From Octopus vulgaris (taxonomy: Eukaryota): DNA of 64,000 nucleotides. Shown here one piece after another: positions 25,499 to 40,957 of this stretch. The stretch covers positions 42,718,001 through 42,782,000 of the forward strand of contig OX597836.1 of assembly GCA_951406725.2 (NCBI GenBank), read 5' to 3'. A program made the translations under genes and the position numbers. Positions within the stretch are counted from its first letter, which is position 1. Each line of letters opens with the position of its first letter. A model generated the notes under the pieces. The model had not been told where the DNA came from, did not search any database, and worked only from the letters and a program-made list of their open reading frames with translations.

Positions 25499-26291
25499 GT
25501 GTGTATGTGTGTGTGTGTGTGTCTTAGTGTGTATATATATATATATATATTTGTGTGTGTGTGTGTGTGTATAAAATATAAATAATGCACATGCACATGC
25601 ATGCATACATACATATATACATAATACATACGTACATACATATATACATACATATATACATACATATATACATACATATATACATACATATATACATACA
25701 TATATAAACATACATACATAGGTAGGTACGTACGTACATGTATGCATACATACATACATACACATACATACATATATACATACATATATACATACATATA
25801 TACATATAAATATAGATACATACATATGCATATATACATACATAAACATACATACTTCCCTACATACAGACACGCATACATTCTAACATACATATATGTA
25901 AATTTCAAATATACATGTATATTTACATACATTCAAACATACATACATACATCCATCCATCCATACATTCAAACATACATACATACAAACGTACATACCT
26001 ACAAACATGCATACATATATATATATACATCTACGTACATAATAATACATACATGCAAATATACATACACACATCTACATACATACATACATACATACAT
26101 ACATACATACACACATACATACATACATACATACATACACACATACATACATACATACACACATACATACATACATACATACATACATACATACATACAT
26201 ACATACATACATACATACATACATACATACATACATACATACATACATACATACATACATACATACACACATACATTCATACATCCATACA

Positions 26292-26325
<34 letters not shown>

Positions 26326-27290
26326 CAAACATACACACGTACATACATACATACACACACACATACATACATACATGCATGCATGCATACATACACACAC
26401 ACATACATACATACATACATACATACACACATACATACATACATACACACATACATACATACATACATACATACATACATACATACATACATACATACAC
26501 ACACACATACATACATACATACATACACACACACATACATACATACATGCATACATACATACATACATACATACATACACACATACATACATACATACAT
26601 ACGTACATACACATGAACAGAGAAGGGGAAAAAAAGAAAAGAAAAACGAAGCGCTTGTTTTTCTTTTCCACAAGAACACGAACCACAAGAACAACACCAT
26701 CAACAACTACAACCACCAACATAACAAAAATAACAACAAAATAACCACCACCACCACTACCGACCGACGGCGCCGCCATCACCATCACCACCATCACCAC
26801 CACGACCACCACGACCACCACCACCACCACCACCACCATCACCACCACCACCACCACCACAACGACCACCACCACCACAACCACCACCACCACAACCACT
26901 ACCACCATCACCACCACCACCATCACCACCACAACCACCACCACCACCACCACCATCACCACCACCACCACCACCACCACCACCACCATCACCACCACCA
27001 CTACCACCACCACCACCATCACCACCACCACCACCACCATTACCACCACCACCACCACCACCATCACCACCACCACCACCACCACTACCGATCGACGGCG
27101 CCGCCGCCACTAACACCACCACCATCACCACCACCACCACCACCACCACCACCACCACCACCACCACCACCACCACCACAACCACCACCACCACAACCAC
27201 AACCACCACCACCACCACCACCACCACCACCACCACCACCACCACCACCACCACTACCGACCGACGGCGCCGCCGCTACCACCACCTTCG
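25420..27290. repeat. Compound microsatellite block (TA, TG, TACA, CAC)
   Basis: Read directly from the sequence. Source of the 523-aa pseudo-ORF. Confidence 0.95.
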
Positions 27291-27447
27291 GCATCGCAGT
27301 AAGAACAATATAATCTAAGATTTATATTCAAACGAAAGGAATTCGTAGCATCTTAACCTATCATGTAGTAGAAATAATGAATCATCTTTTTCTATTGTTT
27401 TTCCTGAATTAGGATCTTTCTTCGCAACCATCACGTACATTACCACC

Positions 27448-27519
<72 letters not shown>

Positions 27520-27681
27520 GGTATTTGTGTTGTTTTGCGCGTGTACTTCATTAGTGCAATGCACGAAATTCTCGCCCCTTGAGTCACGTATGTATCTTTT
27601 ACAGCCGAATAAAAAAACAAAACAAACATATAATAATATGAATTGAGTTATTTTTTATTTCTTCTGCTTGTTCCAACAACC

Positions 27682-27755
<74 letters not shown>

Positions 27756-27759
27756 ATGC

Positions 27760-27821
<62 letters not shown>

Positions 27822-27823
27822 CT

Positions 27824-27916
<93 letters not shown>

Positions 27917-28052
27917 ATATATATATGATATTAGGGAATATTATTTCAAACATGCAGGGAAAAATTCAATTTAGTAATACTAAATCAAATTTCACAATAT
28001 ATATGTATATAAATTAGAGAAGAACCACCATGTAGGAATTCAACAATGAAAT

Positions 28053-28085
<33 letters not shown>

Positions 28086-28109
28086 CACACACGCCCCCCC
28101 CCCACACAC

Positions 28110-28141
<32 letters not shown>

Positions 28142-28449
28142 GCAAAAACGCAATAGAGGGCATTAAAACGTTCGGACAGATAGACGATACAAAGGACAGG
28201 CGTAAAAAGACGAGTCATTCTTGGCTTTCTTTCATCAGTCAAGTCCCAGAAGTCGCGACCATTTCGGATAGTTACACTTGAGATGGTTCGATCTCGTTGC
28301 CTCCCCCCCCCCACCACCAGTCTAAGCTTAGAGCATTAGACCCTTTTTTAATAAGAAAGCTAGCGAATGTGTACGGCAACAAAGGCAAAAAAACGGAGAA
28401 CATGGTACACAATTACGAATACAAACAAGAAATAACAAATATATATATT

Positions 28450-28534
28450 ACGTTACACCCGTTTCGAGTGGGACCATTTAATCGATCAATAAAAACATTA
28501 CATGAATTTGAAATAAACTGCTCTCCTCAGAATT
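28450..28534 (-). ncRNA. Hammerhead-like motif 3' of the GIY-YIG relic
   Basis: Minus strand reads CTGAGGA-GAG..(long loop)..CTC-GAAAC-GGGT-GTA. Core intact but stem I pairing is poor. About 250 nt downstream of the GIY-YIG stop on the same strand. Confidence 0.45.
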
Positions 28535-28781
28535 AGATGACCATATAGATTTCCAACATAAACGATAAACCATTTTTAACTAACTTATAACAATACCAGA
28601 AACCAAAATAATTACATCGCTTCCTTATGTTATATGTCCGTGGAATCTGCTTTAATGGTGAAGTGGTCTTACAGTGACATGTTGTGGTTGTAGTAGCAGT
28701 AGTAGTAGGGAATGTTCTAAATAATCTCGTGGGTAGCCACTGTTCTAAATATATCTATCGTTTTTAATATTTCCGTGGGCA

Positions 28782-29133
28782 TTATTCCAAAATCTCTGTA
28801 ATGGTATCATCTATGGTGGAAGCATTCAAAAGGGGTTTATATTTTGCGATAAAATATGATTCTTTGTTAATGCGCGGATTTTAGGTTGCATTGTCCCTAA
28901 ATTTATAGAGGGGAAATATTCTTAAGTTGGGTTGTTCATTAGTGGCACAAATGTCGATGTGCTCACTTAATGCTATTTTTCTGTATTCCTGTATTTTAAT
29001 CTGGGATCTACGTACGGTCATCCTCTGGCGTAGACTGCTTTTAGTTTGACCGATGTATTGCTCTCGACACCCTGAGCAAGTTAACGCATATATCAGGTTT
29101 TCCGAAGTACATGTAAAACGTTGACCCTGTTTG
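28782..29133 (-). pseudogene. Penelope-like element GIY-YIG endonuclease relic
   Basis: RFTCTSENLIYALTCSGCREQYIGQTKSSLRQRMTV..LSEHIDIC..IFPLY..*..RINKESYFIAKYKPLLN contains the LIY, YIG, R, H, E and N motifs. One stop. Not in the ORF track. Confidence 0.9.
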
Positions 29134-29424
29134 TCAACGCTTTACATTCCTTGTATTGTTTGTTATTGTTAATCTTATTATTTGTTTATTTGAATTGGTT
29201 ATATATATATATATGTGTGTGTGTGCGCGCGCGTGTGTGTGTGTGTGCATTATATACATTATATATGCATTCTTTTACCGAACCGATAGGTGACGGGGAC
29301 TTAAACACACCAACCGGTGTTGGTGTGTTTACGTCCCCGTAACACATACCCAACCCAAGGCGCCACTCCGTAGGACTGAGCCCGGAACCATTTGACTGGG
29401 AAGGAGACTTCTTACCACACCTTA

Positions 29425-29700
29425 TATATATATAAGGATAAGATCGTTATCTAAATATCGATCTTATCAAGTGGGTAGCATGGGAATAAAAGCCTTCAAA
29501 GGTAATTATTATTATTAAAATTATAATTAATGGTATCTAAGAGATACCACCACGCTGGAAATAGCAGCCAAAACTTGACTCTAAAACCACATTAAATTTT
29601 AATATGGTGCTGTATGAACATTTAATGTGATTTTAGAGTCAAGTTCTTGGCTGCTATTTCCAGCGTAGTGGTATCTCTTAGATACCCTAAATTATAATTT
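29425..29700. mobile_element. (TA)n-flanked fold-back element
   Basis: Arms at about 29517-29597 and 29620-29700 include GAAATAGCAGCCAA. A non-folded relative lies at 10041-10145 (-). Confidence 0.7.
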
Positions 29701-29798
29701 ATATATATACACACACACGTATCTATTTTCATACATTTCTAAATATATATGTGTGTGTATAAATATGTTTGTATGTATATATACATATATACTCACAC

Positions 29799-29831
<33 letters not shown>

Positions 29832-29880
29832 GAATACACACACAGACACTCACAGATACGCGCAAATACACACACACACG

Positions 29881-29972
<92 letters not shown>

Positions 29973-30498
29973 CAAAGCTTGTGCTGTTTTTTGACTGCGT
30001 TGTGAACATTTCGGCCATTGCCGGCGTCTGTGTTTACAAATGTCATTCCTTTGTAGATTTTTATCCTTTTTATGTGGAATTTTCGTTTTTTCGTAGAACA
30101 AAAATAGCTGAGTTAAACTTGTTTAATTATTTTGTGTTAAACTTTCTTTTTGATATCTGTTGATAGTTGGAAACGTAACTCACTGCCACTTCTCCAGATG
30201 ACATGTTTACAATATTTTTTTCAAAAAATTTGTCTGACAACAAAATATTCGAAAATATATTTCTCTCCCAACAAAGGGGGGAAAAATCTAACAAAATAAA
30301 TTTCTCTTTTCTGTGTGTGACAGGTATGTAAGACACAAAACAGACACATAAATAAATAAATACAACATAGAAATAAGAAAAAAATAAAGAGTAAAAAACT
30401 AGACAGTGACAAATTAATCCTAATATATCATTGAAGACCCCATTCCCCGAGTTTGCTGGCCTTGGGCCAAAATTTGAAACAAAAAAAAAAAAGATACA

Positions 30499-31725
30499 GG
30501 GCTGGCAGAAACGTTAGCACGCCAAGCGAGATGCTTAGCGGTATTTCGTTCTGCCGTTACGTTCTGAGTTCAAATTCCGCCGAGGTCGACTTTGCTTTTC
30601 ATCCTTTCGGGGTCGATAAATTAAGTAGCAGTTACGCACTGGAGTCGATCTAATCGACTTAATACCTTTGTCTGCCCTTGTTTGTCCCCTCAGTGTTTAG
30701 CCCCTTCTAGGTAGTAAAGAAATAGGTATTTCGTCCGTCGCTACCTTCTGAGTTCAAATTCCGCCGAGGTCGACTTTGCCTGTCATCCTTTCGGGGCCGA
30801 TAAATTAAGTACCAGTTACGCACTGGGGTCGATATAATCGACTTAATACCTTTGTCTGCCCTTGTTTGGCCTCTCAGATTTTTTTTCCCCTTGTGGGTAA
30901 TAACGAAATAGGTATTTCGTTCTGCCGTTACGTTCTGAGTTCAAATTCCGCCGAGGTCGACTTTGCCTTTCATCCTTTCGGGGTCGATAAATTAAGTACC
31001 AGTTACGCACTGGGGGTCGATGTAATCGACTTAATACCTTTGTCTGTCCTTGTTTGTTCCCTTTATGTTTAGCCCCCTGTGGGCAATAAAGAAATAAGAA
31101 ATAAGAAATAAGAATCGTTAGCACGCCGGGTAAAATGCTTTGTAGCATTTCGTTCGTCATTACGATCTGAGTTCAAATCCCGCCGAGGTCGACTTTACCT
31201 TTTCTCCTTTCGGGGTCGATAAAATAAGTACTAGTTGAGCACAGTGGTTGATATAACCGACTAAGCCCCACCCCAGGAATTGCTGGCCTTGTGCCAAAAT
31301 TTGAAGTCATTATCATTTTTATTGCTGTTGTTGTTGTGAAATGGGTGAAATCGAACAAATTGCTGAGCGGAACTTCAGGATCTGAGTTCAAATTCCGCTG
31401 TGGTCGACTTTGGCTTTCATCCTTTCGGGGTCAATAAAAGAAGCACCAGTCAAGTACTGGGGTTGATGTGATCGAATAGCCCCATCCCCCAAAATTCCAG
31501 GCCGTGTGAAGGGATTATTTCTATTGTTGTTGTCAAGGCTGTAAGTTGGCTGAATGGTTAATGCATCGGACAAAATGCTTAGCGGCATTACTTCCGGCAT
31601 TGCATTCTGAGTTCAAATTCGCGGAGGTTGATTTTACCTTTCTTTCGAGTCGAAAACTAAAGTACCCGTCAAATACTAGGGGCGAGCTAATCGTCTTGAC
31701 TCCTCGTCCTTAATTTGCTGGCTTG
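30499..31725 (+). mobile_element. Tandem cluster of about 6 SINE family D units
   Basis: CTGAGTTCAAAT.CCGC.GAGGTCGACTTT recurs near 30564, 30748, 30935, 31167, 31382 and 31607. Confidence 0.85.
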
Positions 31726-31870
31726 TACCTTGATATGACACAACCATCGTATTTTAAGGTGCATAAGGAACCCTTTCTCACCTTCCCGAGCGTTAAACTA
31801 ATACATCTGTTTGTTGTTTACACACCCGTCTTCGTCTTTTTTTTGTAAATTCTCACTATATATATAGAGA

Positions 31871-33080
<1,210 letters not shown>

Positions 33081-33409
33081 AAGACGGAAAATGAAATCAA
33101 GACAGGGATAATAGAAGCGTATGTAAATTCATTCATGAAACAATAATACAAATAATTACGTGTGGAATCGGAAAATGACAATCGTTTGGTTTAGATGAGT
33201 GGAAAGCTGGAAATATATAGTCGATGGGAACGTCAAGGATGGAATAGTAAAGGAGTGCTATGGAAAAAAAAAAAGAACATAAAAGTTTGAAAAGTAAACA
33301 AAAAATTATTTAGAGAAAAGAGATTTCACACTTGCAAAAATGGTTGGAGTGCAAAGGCGACAACGTGACGGTCATAAGAGCTTTAAGATGCTAAGAAGGA
33401 AAAAAAAAA

Positions 33410-33806
33410 GCAGGAGTGGCTGTGTGGTAAGTAGCTTATTTACCAACCACATGGTTCCGGGTTCAGTCCCACTGAGTGGCACCTTGGGCAAGTCTTCTAC
33501 TATAGCCTCGGGCCGACCAAAGCCTTGTGAGTGGATTTGGTAGACGGAAACTGAAAGAAGCTCGTCGTATATATGTATATATATATATGTGTATGTTTGT
33601 GTGTCTGTGTTTGTCCCCCCCCCCCCAACATCGCTTGACAACCGATGCTGGTGTGTTTATGTCCCCGTCACTTAGCGGTTCGGCAAAAAGAGACCGATAG
33701 AATAAGTACTGGGCTTACAAAGAATAAGTCCCGGGGTCGAGTTGCTCGACTAAAGGCGGTGCTCCAGCATGGCCGCAGTCAAATGACTGAAACTAGTAAA
33801 AGAGTA
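33410..33806 (+). mobile_element. SINE family A, full length
   Basis: Similarity to family A. Confidence 0.9.
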
Positions 33807-33971
33807 TACATTTTTAGGAAAATTCTCTTGCAAGCAGAGAGAAAATTTGAAGTGCACATGCATTTAATTTGACGACTTTGTTTCATGGGTATAGTTCTAC
33901 TGATCGTGAGAATCAAATATCGGTTGCACGGTTAGAACGAACAATCTTATGTGCAGGTATTAAGAAAATAT

Positions 33972-34355
33972 GGAGGCGCAATGGCTCAGTGGTTAGGGCA
34001 GCGAACTCGCGGTCATAGGATCGCAGTTTCGATTCCCAGACCGGGCGTGGTGAGTGTTTATTGAGCGAAAACACCTAAAGCTCCATGAGGCTCCGGCAGG
34101 GGATGGTGGTGATCCCTGCTGTACTCTTTCACCACAACTTTCTCTCACTCTTACTTCCTGTTTCTGTTGTACCTGTATTTCAAAGGGGCCGGCCTTGTCA
34201 CATTCTGTGTCACGCTGAATATCCCCGAGAACTACGTTAAGGGTACACGTGTCTGTGGAGTGCTCAGCCACTTACACGTTAATTTCACGAGCAGGCTGTT
34301 CCGTTGATTCGGATCAACCGGAACCCTCATCGTCGTAACCGACGGAGTGCTTCCA
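33972..34355 (+). mobile_element. SINE family B, full length with TSD
   Basis: Flanked by direct repeat TTAAGAAAAT (33960-33969 / 34356-34365). Confidence 0.9.
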
Positions 34356-34884
34356 TTAAGAAAATGTTACATGCTTTAGCACACAACGTTGCAACGTTTA
34401 GAATCGATAATTTTAAGCGTAGTTGTTAAGAAAATACACGTTACAGCAACCTGAAAATGGTGAAATAACTGATGAACATTTTAACCCCTCAACAATTTCG
34501 GCCAAATTTCGTTAATTAGTCAATCAAAAACCATCTTGAGTGGCTTGAGTGGCTTAGGTAAAAGTTTAATTGTCTCAACTCATCCTTAGAGAATATTCCA
34601 TTTGTGTATAAAATTTCAAGAAAATCGGTTGAAAACTTTAGAATTTATGGCAGAAAATAGCACTCATATGAGAATTTGCATTGAAATGTCCTACCCATTT
34701 TTGAAAAATCAATGGCAATTTAAAATTATGGATTTCTTTGAAATTTCAAGAGCGTAAGTGAACGCATTGGCATAAGCTCCACACACGTGTCATGTTTCAT
34801 CAAGATCGGTTGGTTAGTCCCGAAGGAGTAACCAATTCACAAACACACACACAGAACCACAAACAGACGGAAATTGCCATTTAA

Positions 34885-34992
<108 letters not shown>

Positions 34993-34999
34993 GTATATA

Positions 35000-35397
35000 T
35001 ATTCTTATTCTTCTTATTCCCCGTCTGTCTTGATAGACAATGGGTTGCGCCAAGGGTGGGGCCTACTTTGATGATGTGCAGCGTCTGCTGTGACTGAACA
35101 GTCCAATTCTAGAGTGGCAGTCCTTGGTACAGTTGCTGCACACGAACATCGATGGGTACGTGTGGGGTGTTGCTGCAGTTGTCCTCCTCCTGTCCCGCTT
35201 GTCCAACCACAGCTGTGCTCTCCTCTCCTCAGCCATGGAAACGCCTTTCCTCACCGTCCGACGCCAGGCAGAGCGGTCAGCAGCTGTTTCCTCCCACGTG
35301 TCCACACAGATGTTGGCAGTCCTCAGGTCGCGCTTGCACACGTCCCTGTATCGTAGCTGTGGACGTCCCTTGGGTCGGGATCCCGTGGTGAGTTCGC

Positions 35398-35399
<2 letters not shown>
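35000..35399 (-). mobile_element. 3' end of an RTE (BovB-like) LINE
   Basis: [59 protein letters not shown], then a short 3' UTR hairpin and a GAATAA/GAA tail. Inserted in (TA)n. Confidence 0.9.
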
Positions 35400-35471
<72 letters not shown>

Positions 35472-35508
35472 ATGTATATATGTATGTATATATATACATA
35501 TATATATG

Positions 35509-35539
<31 letters not shown>

Positions 35540-35552
35540 GTATATATATATG

Positions 35553-35589
<37 letters not shown>

Positions 35590-35610
35590 GTATGTATATA
35601 TATATATATG

Positions 35611-35649
<39 letters not shown>

Positions 35650-35673
35650 ATGTATATATATATATATATATAT

Positions 35674-35712
<39 letters not shown>

Positions 35713-35801
35713 AATATATAATAAATTCAGGGTGAATACTTGATAAATGTAAGCACCTGTATATGCCACCTTTGCGTCCTGTTTTTCCTTTACTTCATTT
35801 G

Positions 35802-35869
<68 letters not shown>

Positions 35870-35885
35870 ATATATTTATATACAC

Positions 35886-35960
<75 letters not shown>

Positions 35961-36317
35961 TGTATGTATATGTATATGTATATACACACACACACAAATA
36001 TATATATGTATCTCTTAATAAAAGCGAAATTCTGCCTGTTCAAATGGAACCCCTGTATCTCGGTCTACATTTGTTCTACATACACATATTTGGGAATCAG
36101 GATGATCCTGGGATTGAAAATTTGCCCTTCATTTGCTTCTTGAACATCCAGTATTGGGATTTAATTTAAAAGCATTTGGGCTGCTATTTCTAGCTATTTG
36201 GCTCTTTTACGCTATTTTGCTTGGCGTTTGTCAGATGACGTCAGAGATCAAGGGACAGATAAATTACATTCGTCTCAGAGTTAGCTGATATGTCGCCATA
36301 TTCCTTACCATGACGGC

Positions 36318-36403
36318 TAACTCTGATGAGCGTTAGGTTAATATAATCGGATTGTTACCTAACACTCTGTTGTGTACCTAGTGCGAAACCGATTGGTAAG
36401 AGC
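36318..36403 (+). ncRNA. Hammerhead-like motif with long stem II
   Basis: CTGATGA (36323-36329), GCGTTAGGT..ACCTAGTGC, GAAAC, CGATTG, GTA. Core and stems II and III are good. Stem I has only 2 bp. Confidence 0.5.
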
Positions 36404-36515
36404 AGATGTAGACATATAATACTGTGCATTTCGGATTATATATGGGAGACTTGATCATCGACTGCTTAAGGCATCAATTCCGTTGGAAAGGTAAGAAATT
36501 GTTGGCACACCGATA

Positions 36516-36910
36516 TACTCTTTACTCTCTTTTTTACTCTTTTACTTGTTTTAGTCATTTGACTGCGGCCATGCTGGAGCACCGCCTTTAGTCGAGCAAA
36601 TCGACCCCGGAACTTATTCTTTGTAAGTCCAGTACTTATTCTATCGGTCTCTTTTGCCGAACCGCTAAGTGGCGGGGACGTAGACACACCAGCATCGGTT
36701 GTCAAGCAATGCTAGGGGGATAAACACAGATACACAAACACACACACATATATATATATATATACATATATACGACAGGCTTCTTTCAGTTTCCGTCTAC
36801 CAAATCCACTCACAAGGCATTGGTCGGCCCGGGGCTATAGCAGAAGACACTTGCCCAAGATGCCACGCAGTGGGACTGAACCCGCAAGCTACTTACCACA
36901 CAGCCACTCC
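36516..36910 (-). mobile_element. SINE family A copy
   Basis: Similarity to family A. Confidence 0.85.
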
Positions 36911-37784
36911 ATATATATATATACATACCGTATTCACTCATTTTAAGTTACACATTTTATTTAGAGTTAAATGTTGGGACCAAATTTTCCCTTTCTTTGT
37001 TTTAGCTTTCTCTCGTGAATAAGTTGCATCCCACGTTTTTCAGTTGAAATCAAATGGAAAAATTATTCGAAATATACAAGACAATTCATTACTTTCTATC
37101 GTAAATCGTAGATACGTTGAGTGAATGTAATTAAATGGGAGGGTCTCCAGCAAAGAATCAAGCTCACACCGAACAGAATCGGTGTGCCAACAATTTCTTA
37201 CCTTTCCAGCGGAGCTGACGCCTTTAAGCAGGCGATGATCATGGCTCCCATCTATTCTTTCGGTATTTCAATGGCGCATATTTTCTTCGTAATTATTTGG
37301 GTATGCACGTGTGCGCAAACGTGTTTGCAGGTATGTATGGTATGCAGGTATGCATGGATATCTGTCTGTGTGTACCCCTGGTCTATACTTTGTGTGCGTG
37401 ACTGCTTGAGAGTGATACGTGTCTGCATGTGAATATATGTACCTGTCTATGTATGTATGTATGTATGTATGTATGTATGTATGTATGTATGTATGTATGT
37501 ATGCATGAATGTATGTATGTATGTGCGTGTCTATGTATGTATGTATGTATGTATGTATGTATGTATGTATGTATGTGTGTGTGTATGTATGTATGTATGT
37601 ATGTATGTATGTATGTATGTATGTGTGTTAGTATGTATGTATGTATGTATGTATGTATTTATGTATGTGTGTATGTATTTATGTATTTATGTATCTATGT
37701 ATATACATAGTGTGTGTGTATGTATATGAATATTTATACATATGAACAGGTATGCATATGTACGTATGTGTATGAATATGTGTA

Positions 37785-37840
<56 letters not shown>

Positions 37841-38251
37841 CGCGCACGTGTGTATTTGTACGTGTGTGTGTGTTTGTAAGTGTGTGTGTTTGTACGTGTG
37901 TGTGTGTGTTTGTACGTGTGTGTGTGTTTGTACGTGTGTGTGTTTGTGTATACATGGAGATGGTAGGAATGCCTGGAAATCAAAGATAATCTGCGGAATG
38001 GTCAGGCCTAATTGCATTCTTCCTTTACTCCTCAGTCGAGTACCGTTGGGTAAGTTTGGTATGCTACTACTTGTAGCTTTCTTGGATTCCTCCTTTCCTT
38101 GCTCATTGTATCTTTTTTTTTATTTGTTTTTCTCTTTTTGTTTTTATTATTATTCTACTTACCACCTCTTATATATGTGTGTGTGTATTGATATATATAT
38201 ACATATAGACACACACTAATGCACATACACGCATACACATACATACACATC

Positions 38252-38419
<168 letters not shown>

Positions 38420-39325
38420 TTTATGTATGTATGTATATGTGTGTGTATGAGTTTTTGTATTTGTTTGTTTTTCGTTTTTTGTTCTTGTTTTTGTGTTTCT
38501 TTTTTTTACTCTTTGGTTCTTTGCACCTAGATTGCAAAAACAAAAGAAAAGGAAAAGACAAAAAAAAACAACAAAAAAACCACTAAACCACCTGAAGAGA
38601 ATGCCGTAATGGTTTGAATCATCTTCATGCGATGATGAAGAACACAAGGAGAGGAGGAGCAAAAAGAGGAGGAGGAGGAGGAATAATAAGAATGCGAAAA
38701 AAAGAAGAATGTGAGTAATAATGATGATGAAGAGAAGTTCTGATAGTAATGATTTATTTCTCTTATCTTTGGCACAAGTCCACGTATTTTGAAGCAGAAT
38801 AAGCGAATCGATGTACTTGACTACTAATTATTTCGTGAGGCCCGAGGAGACGAAAATTAACCCGTGATGGTATTTGAACGCAGAACGTAAAAAAAAGAGG
38901 CGTAATTAAATTTTGTAAAGTATTTTTCTTCGGGCTTCGAATGAGAGAGAACAATTCTTAGTGGTTGGGACCCTTGCGGATCTATCTCTAGCGTAAGAGC
39001 GTCCACATTGTGGATTCTCTCTCATATTTGTGTATTGATAATATTTACTGAATCTCAGTCTTTTATGCGCTAGACCACTGGTGTTTAAATTGATGTTATT
39101 AAATTAATATCCAATTTTTTCGCCCTCATTTTTGACTTTAATTATAAATTAATATGTTCTCAAACCGGCGTAAACTACTGCAGTGAATTACTTATGCAGT
39201 ATTTATTTCCGTGAATTTGGCGCGCTAGAACGAGGGCATTTGAATATAACTGTGAATATAATAGGCCGAACTGCTCGTGATTTTGACCGATGGCGCCATC
39301 CATATTCTTAATGCTAATAGTGGCA

Positions 39326-39643
39326 TTCTGTCGGATACGACAACGTGGGTTCTAGTTGATCCGATTGATGGAACAGCCTGCTTGTGGAATTAACATGCAA
39401 GGGGCTGACCACTCCACTGACACGTGTACCTTTAGCGTAGTTCTCCGGAAGATTCAGCGTGACACAGGATGTGACATGACTGGCTCTTTGAAATACAGGT
39501 AGTACTCATTTTTGCCAACTGAGTCGACTAGGGCAACGTGAAGTAAAGTGTCTTGCTTAAGGACACAGCGTGCCGCCAAATACCGAACACACACCCTTAC
39601 GATTTTGAGTCGAATACCCTAACCACTTAACCCAGCACCTTCA
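39326..39643 (-). mobile_element. Mosaic SINE (C head + B tail), diverged
   Basis: Reverse-complement similarity to 19088-19409. Confidence 0.75.
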
Positions 39644-40282
39644 CTAGGCTGCCAAGATGGCCATTAAAATATATATCTGTCTGCTACTGCGCCAATAGAA
39701 ATTGAAGCTTATGACGAGGAAAATGCCTAGCTGCAGAATTCATAAATCCTCACGTTCATTTCCACTATATATAGGGCTAACTACCATTCCTTTTAAAACT
39801 CGATTTTCTCAACAAAAATATTCTTTTAGTAACCACAACACTACAATTATAAAAGATAACCTTTTATTAATAATGTTTTTTTCTAAATGACAATGCTAAT
39901 AATGTTTTCTAAATGACAAATAAAATACTATTAATATGAAATAACATACTGTTGAACTACCCTGAGCCTCACCCTAAAAAAAAGGGACAGAAAAAGATGC
40001 GAGATATAAACCAACCTTAATCTACAAATGTTCATTACCATAACAAAAGCATTATTTTACCTTTTATCTTTTCTAATTGTAGTGTTGTGGTTACTAAAAG
40101 AATATTTTTGTTGAGAAAACCGAGTTTTAAAATGAATGGTTGTTAGTCCTATATATAATAGTGAACATGAACATGAGGATTTATGAATTCTGCAGCTAGG
40201 CATTTTCCTCGTCATAAGCTTCAATTTCTATTGGCGCAGTAGCAGACAGATATATTTTAATGGCCATCATGGCAATCTAGTG
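39642..40282. mobile_element. Fold-back / long-TIR element
   Basis: About 215-bp inverted arms (39642-39859 / 40064-40282) around a roughly 200-bp AT-rich spacer. Confidence 0.75.
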
Positions 40283-40298
40283 TTTACTGTTTGGATAT

Positions 40299-40535
40299 TA
40301 CTCTTTTACTCTTTTGCTTGTTTCAGTCATGTGACTGCGGCCATGCTGGAGCACCACCTTTAGTCAAGCAAATCAAACCCAGGACTTAGTCTTTGTAAGC
40401 CTAGTACTTATTCTATCGGTCTCTTTCTGCCGAACCGCTAAGTTACAGGGACGTAAACACACCAGCATCAGTTGTCAAGTGATGTTGGGGATAAACAAAG
40501 ACACACATACACATACACACACACACGCGCACACG

Positions 40536-40578
<43 letters not shown>

Positions 40579-40618
40579 GCATATATACGACAGGCTTCTT
40601 TCAGTTTCCTTCTACCAA
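40299..40618 (-). mobile_element. SINE family A, head-truncated
   Basis: Similarity to family A. Confidence 0.85.
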
Positions 40619-40922
40619 AAATATAAAGGTATTTATTGCTTTGATAAAGCGTTTGGGGAAAATATTCAAGCAATATTTCGAGATGAAAGTCATAACTTAT
40701 AGGTTGAAAGGTAGATTATTCTACTCTTTTATGATTGGGACTGGGGACTGTTCAGAGTATTTTGATGGTATTTTATTTCTCCTCTGAATGTACTCTTTCT
40801 AAGTGTTTCCTTAAGTAATTCGTAGTCGTCCTCAAAATTCTGAAGGTTCTGTGCATTATGGCAACAGTCAACATGACAGTCGTCATACATATACATATAT
40901 ACAGATATATACATATACATAC

Positions 40923-40953
<31 letters not shown>

Positions 40954-40957
<4 letters not shown>

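Noticed and set aside
33972-34045. tRNA gene
   Set aside because: The tRNA-like head continues into a multi-copy SINE body with a TSD, and there is no complete acceptor stem or terminator.
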